Origin: an uncultured Acidobacteriota bacterium
Lineage (GTDB): Bacteria; Acidobacteriota; UBA6911
Direction of reading: 5' to 3'
Length of the DNA stretch: 64,000 nt
Assembly: GCA_963827655.1 (NCBI GenBank)
Contig: CAWHCF010000023.1
Span: 352,001-416,000 of the forward strand
Shown: piece after piece, positions 60,866-64,000 of the stretch
How positions within the stretch are numbered: position 1 is the first letter of the stretch
Layout of the letters: each line of letters starts with the position of its first letter
Program-made: the position numbers and the translations under genes
The notes under the pieces: model-generated
What the model was told of the DNA's origin: nothing
The model's database searches: none
The model's input: the letters and a program-made list of their open reading frames with translations, nothing else

Positions 60866-61735
60866 CTACAGCCGGCGCGCGGAGGCCTCGATGACCTTGG
60901 TGAGTTTTTCGATTCCTTTGGAGAGGGACGCAAACGAAGGCTGCGATAGATTCTGCACTGAAACGCTCGACGTCGTGGACTGGCTGTACATCCCTTTGAG
61001 CTGGGTATGAAGATCGGTGGCCAGCTCTCGAAGATTCTCGATCCCCGCAAGTCCAAGATCATCGAACTGGTTTCCTTTTCCGAGGTTTTGGTCAAGACGC
61101 CGGTCGACGAAGGCCAGCGATTCATCCTGGCGTATCTTCTTGGCGAGGTCGCGAATCTCCTGGGCTTTCGTTGCAATGTCTTGCTTATTGATCTGCTTCC
61201 CTGCCTGAAGATCGGTCAGCATGGCCTGGAGCTGATCGACCGCGGAAACCATCTGCGAACTCAAGGTGAGCGGGGAGCGCAGAGTCAACTTCATCAGCTC
61301 GGGTGTGACCAAGGGCTCGGTGTTTCGATAGAAGCGACTAAAGTACAGTCCATTCAACATGTACATAGTGCGCATGCGCCAGTAGTAGTTCTGCCAGTCG
61401 TAATAAGAATCCAGGGTCGTGAAAGACGTTCCCTGCAAATTCGGCGCACTGGAGGCATACCCTCCGCCGCTGGGAGCAACGGAAGCAGGAGCGCCGGAGT
61501 AGCCCCGCGACCGGCTCGAGGAGTCGATACCTCCCATCGGGGCAGAGCGCGACGAAATGGAAGCACCGCCGCTCATTCCACCCATGTTTCCAGGAGCGCT
61601 GCGACCGGCCCCAGTATCGCCCGAGGACTGACGATTGGTCTCAGCCGCGGGAGCACTCGCCTCCTGGGCGAAACCCGAGAGGCTAGAAAGCAGCAGCAGG
61701 GTTGCAAAGCCAAACAAAACACGGCGCTTAGCCAT
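60866..61735 (-). CDS. Secreted hypothetical protein (G/S-rich N-terminus, helical C-terminus)
   Basis: GAGGAG RBS, signal peptide ending GFAQ. Confidence 0.8.
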   Translation of the reverse strand: MAKRRVLFGFATLLLLSSLSGFAQEASAPAAETNRQSSGDTGAGRSAPGNMGGMSGGASISSRSAPMGGIDSSSRSRGYSGAPASVAPSGGGYASSAPNLQGTSFTTLDSYYDWQNYYWRMRTMYMLNGLYFSRFYRNTEPLVTPELMKLTLRSPLTLSSQMVSAVDQLQAMLTDLQAGKQINKQDIATKAQEIRDLAKKIRQDESLAFVDRRLDQNLGKGNQFDDLGLAGIENLRELATDLHTQLKGMYSQSTTSSVSVQNLSQPSFASLSKGIEKLTKVIEASARRL

Positions 61736-62079
61736 GGTCTCCTCCTCGAGAACGAGGCTTGTGGTTTAACGCGCGAAGTCTAACATGACGGTCGTAGCGG
61801 CCACAAGGTTAAATTAGGTCTTGCCTTTTTGTTAGATCGGGTTCGAGCACAGATTGTTCAGTTTTTTCTTGCCTGGAGACAAGCTGGCGAGGAACCCACT
61901 CCGGGCAGCGGGGCCGGAGATAAATCTCCCGCCCCACCACCCGTTCGAAGGAGGTTATTGAATGGGTATTGCATTAGACGTAAACCGCCTGAAAAAAGTT
62001 GCTTTTTCTTTGTGTGCTATACTCGGCGACCCCGACTATCCCTCGGGCGGAGTCCTCGGTGATGGCGCGCGGCGATTGA

Positions 62080-64000
62080 ATGACTGCACTATCGCGGTTC
62101 TGGCTGCCGGGTATTCTGGCGCTTGCATTCGCGCTGCGCCTGGCTTATCTCATTGAACTCAGGCACACGCCATTTTTCGATCAGCTTATCCTTGATCTGG
62201 CCGCGTACGATTCCTGGGCGCAAGATATTGCCCGGGGTGATTGGTTTGGATCCGAAGTCTTCTACCAGGATCCGCTCTATCCCTATTTCCTCGCGACTCT
62301 CTACTGGATTCTCGGCCACCGCTTGACCATTGTCTACCTGATCCAGATCGTGCTCGGGGTGATCACATGTTATCTCGTCTACTGGATCGGACGCAGAGTG
62401 TTTTCGCCCGTCGCCGGCCTGCTGGCGGCAGGAATAGCGGCAACGTACAAGCCCTGGATTTTTTACGACGTCCAGGTGGAGAAGTCCTTTCTGGCGGTGT
62501 TTCTCATCTGCGCCTCATGTGCGCTGCTGCTGCGGGGCGCTTGGCTCCTGGCAGGTCTTGCCCTGGGTCTGGCGGTACTGGTCCGAGGGAACTATCTGCT
62601 GCTCCTCCCATTCGTATTGTCGGGAATTCTGTTCTTGATACGAGAATGACACCTACACCGTCCGCATCCGGCGAGCGATGTCTTATGGTCTGGGCGTCGC
62701 TTCCATCCTGGTCGTCACACTGGTTCGAAACTTTACGGTGGCAGGTGATTGGGTGTTGACTACCTCTCAGGTCGGTCAGAACTTCTTCATAGGCAACAAT
62801 CCCGACAACCTGACCGGCATGTACCGGCCACCTGAATTCGTTCGCTCGGATCCGAAATTCGAACGGCTGGATTTCGCCCGCGAGGCCGAACGGCTCGCCG
62901 GCAGGAGACTCAAGCCTTCGGAAGTGTCCGCGTTCTGGTTCAATCGAGCGGTTGAATTCATCGCCGCGCGGCCGGTCGATTTTCTAAAACTGTTGGCACA
63001 GAAAACCGCGCTCTTCTGGAACCATTATGAAATCCCGGACAATCTGGATAGCTATTTTTTCGAGCGCTACTCGCGGGTAATGAGGCTCTGGCTACCCGGC
63101 TTTGGTGTTGTCGCGCCGCTGGGCGCGTTGGGGATGGTGCTGTGCCTTCCTCAATGGCGGCGTCTCTGGCCCCTCTACTTCTTCGCGGCCGGATACTTCC
63201 TTTCAATCATCTTTTTCTATATTTTTGCCCGCTATCGCCTTCCGGTAGTACCGTTCATGATGGTCTTTGCCGGGCAGGCTATTTACCAGCTCTATTCCTG
63301 GATTCGCGGCCGAAACGTCCGTCAATTGATCTACTCGGCTGCGTTACTGTCGCTATTCTCACTGGGAGTTCACCTCCCGCTTGTCAATGCCTACAATCCT
63401 GCCGCGGTAAACAACCTGGGGGCCGTTCTCTTGCGCCTGGGCGAGATCGAAGAGGCGGAATCGCTCTTCCGGCAGGTTATCGCGCGGCGGCCCGACTTTG
63501 CGGACGGTCGCAACAATCTTGGAGTAACGCTGTTACGGAAAGGGGATATAGGCCAAGGCCTGGATCAGATCCGTGAGGCTATCCGGTTGAAACCCCGCCA
63601 CCCCAACAGCTACGTGAATCTAGGACAGGCGCTGCTGCTGCAGCGGGATACCGGAGGAGCGATGGACGCCTTCGTTACGGCCAGCCGTCTCGACCCCGAG
63701 AGTGCCGAGGCTGTCGCCGGCATGGGACTGGTGCATCGCGCCAACGGAGACCAGGCCGCGGCGCTCGAGGCATTCCGCAAGGCGCTGGACCTCGATCCGC
63801 AGTCAGGCGAAATCCATAACAATCTGGCGATAGTTCTGCTGGCTCGCGGCGAGTTGATGGAGGCGCTCAAGCATTTTGAGGCCGCCATTCAGTCAAGACC
63901 GAGGTTTTCCGAGGCGCACTACAACCGTGGGATCTGCCTGGAGCGTCTTGGAAAAAAGGAGGAAGCTGCCGCGGCTTATCGTGCGGCGCTGGCTGCGCGT
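62080..64000 (+). CDS. GT-C (PMT/ArnT-like) glycosyltransferase with C-terminal TPRs; frameshift near 62645; runs off the window
   Basis: D...YDSWA, QDPLYPYFL; second frame NFFIGNNP, ARYRLP and NNLG TPR repeats. Confidence 0.85.

Overview
GC-rich bacterial chromosomal window, most likely Acidobacteriota (inferred from gene content, not verified). It holds about 52 CDSs: core genes (rnd, ttcA, uvrA, uvrB, nth, lepA, gmhA, aroA, aroK, RluA, Nudix), three ECF sigma loci, a sigma54 two-component locus with a lipoprotein, an AGPS-like/GlpD pair, a hicB-hicA module and several secreted proteins. At least seven genes are split by indels, which look like long-read errors. I found no rRNA, tRNA, CRISPR array, transposase or phage genes. 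Most notable: (1) an ECF sigma flanked by two paralogous membrane proteins, with the same motif TGTAAG-N16-CGACTAAT in back-to-back divergent promoters; (2) dense intergenic repeats: heptamer arrays that begin at stop codons or run into starts, a 9-nt-period CCACGAAGACACGAAG family at many gene boundaries, and structured MITE-like units with CTAA/TTAG flanks attached to that family; (3) a HicB with an extra N-terminal winged-helix-like domain; (4) a pseudo-receiver under a sigma54-type promoter and an apparently inactive HtrA; (5) two candidate structured RNAs. All calls come from reading the sequence by eye; no database searches were run.
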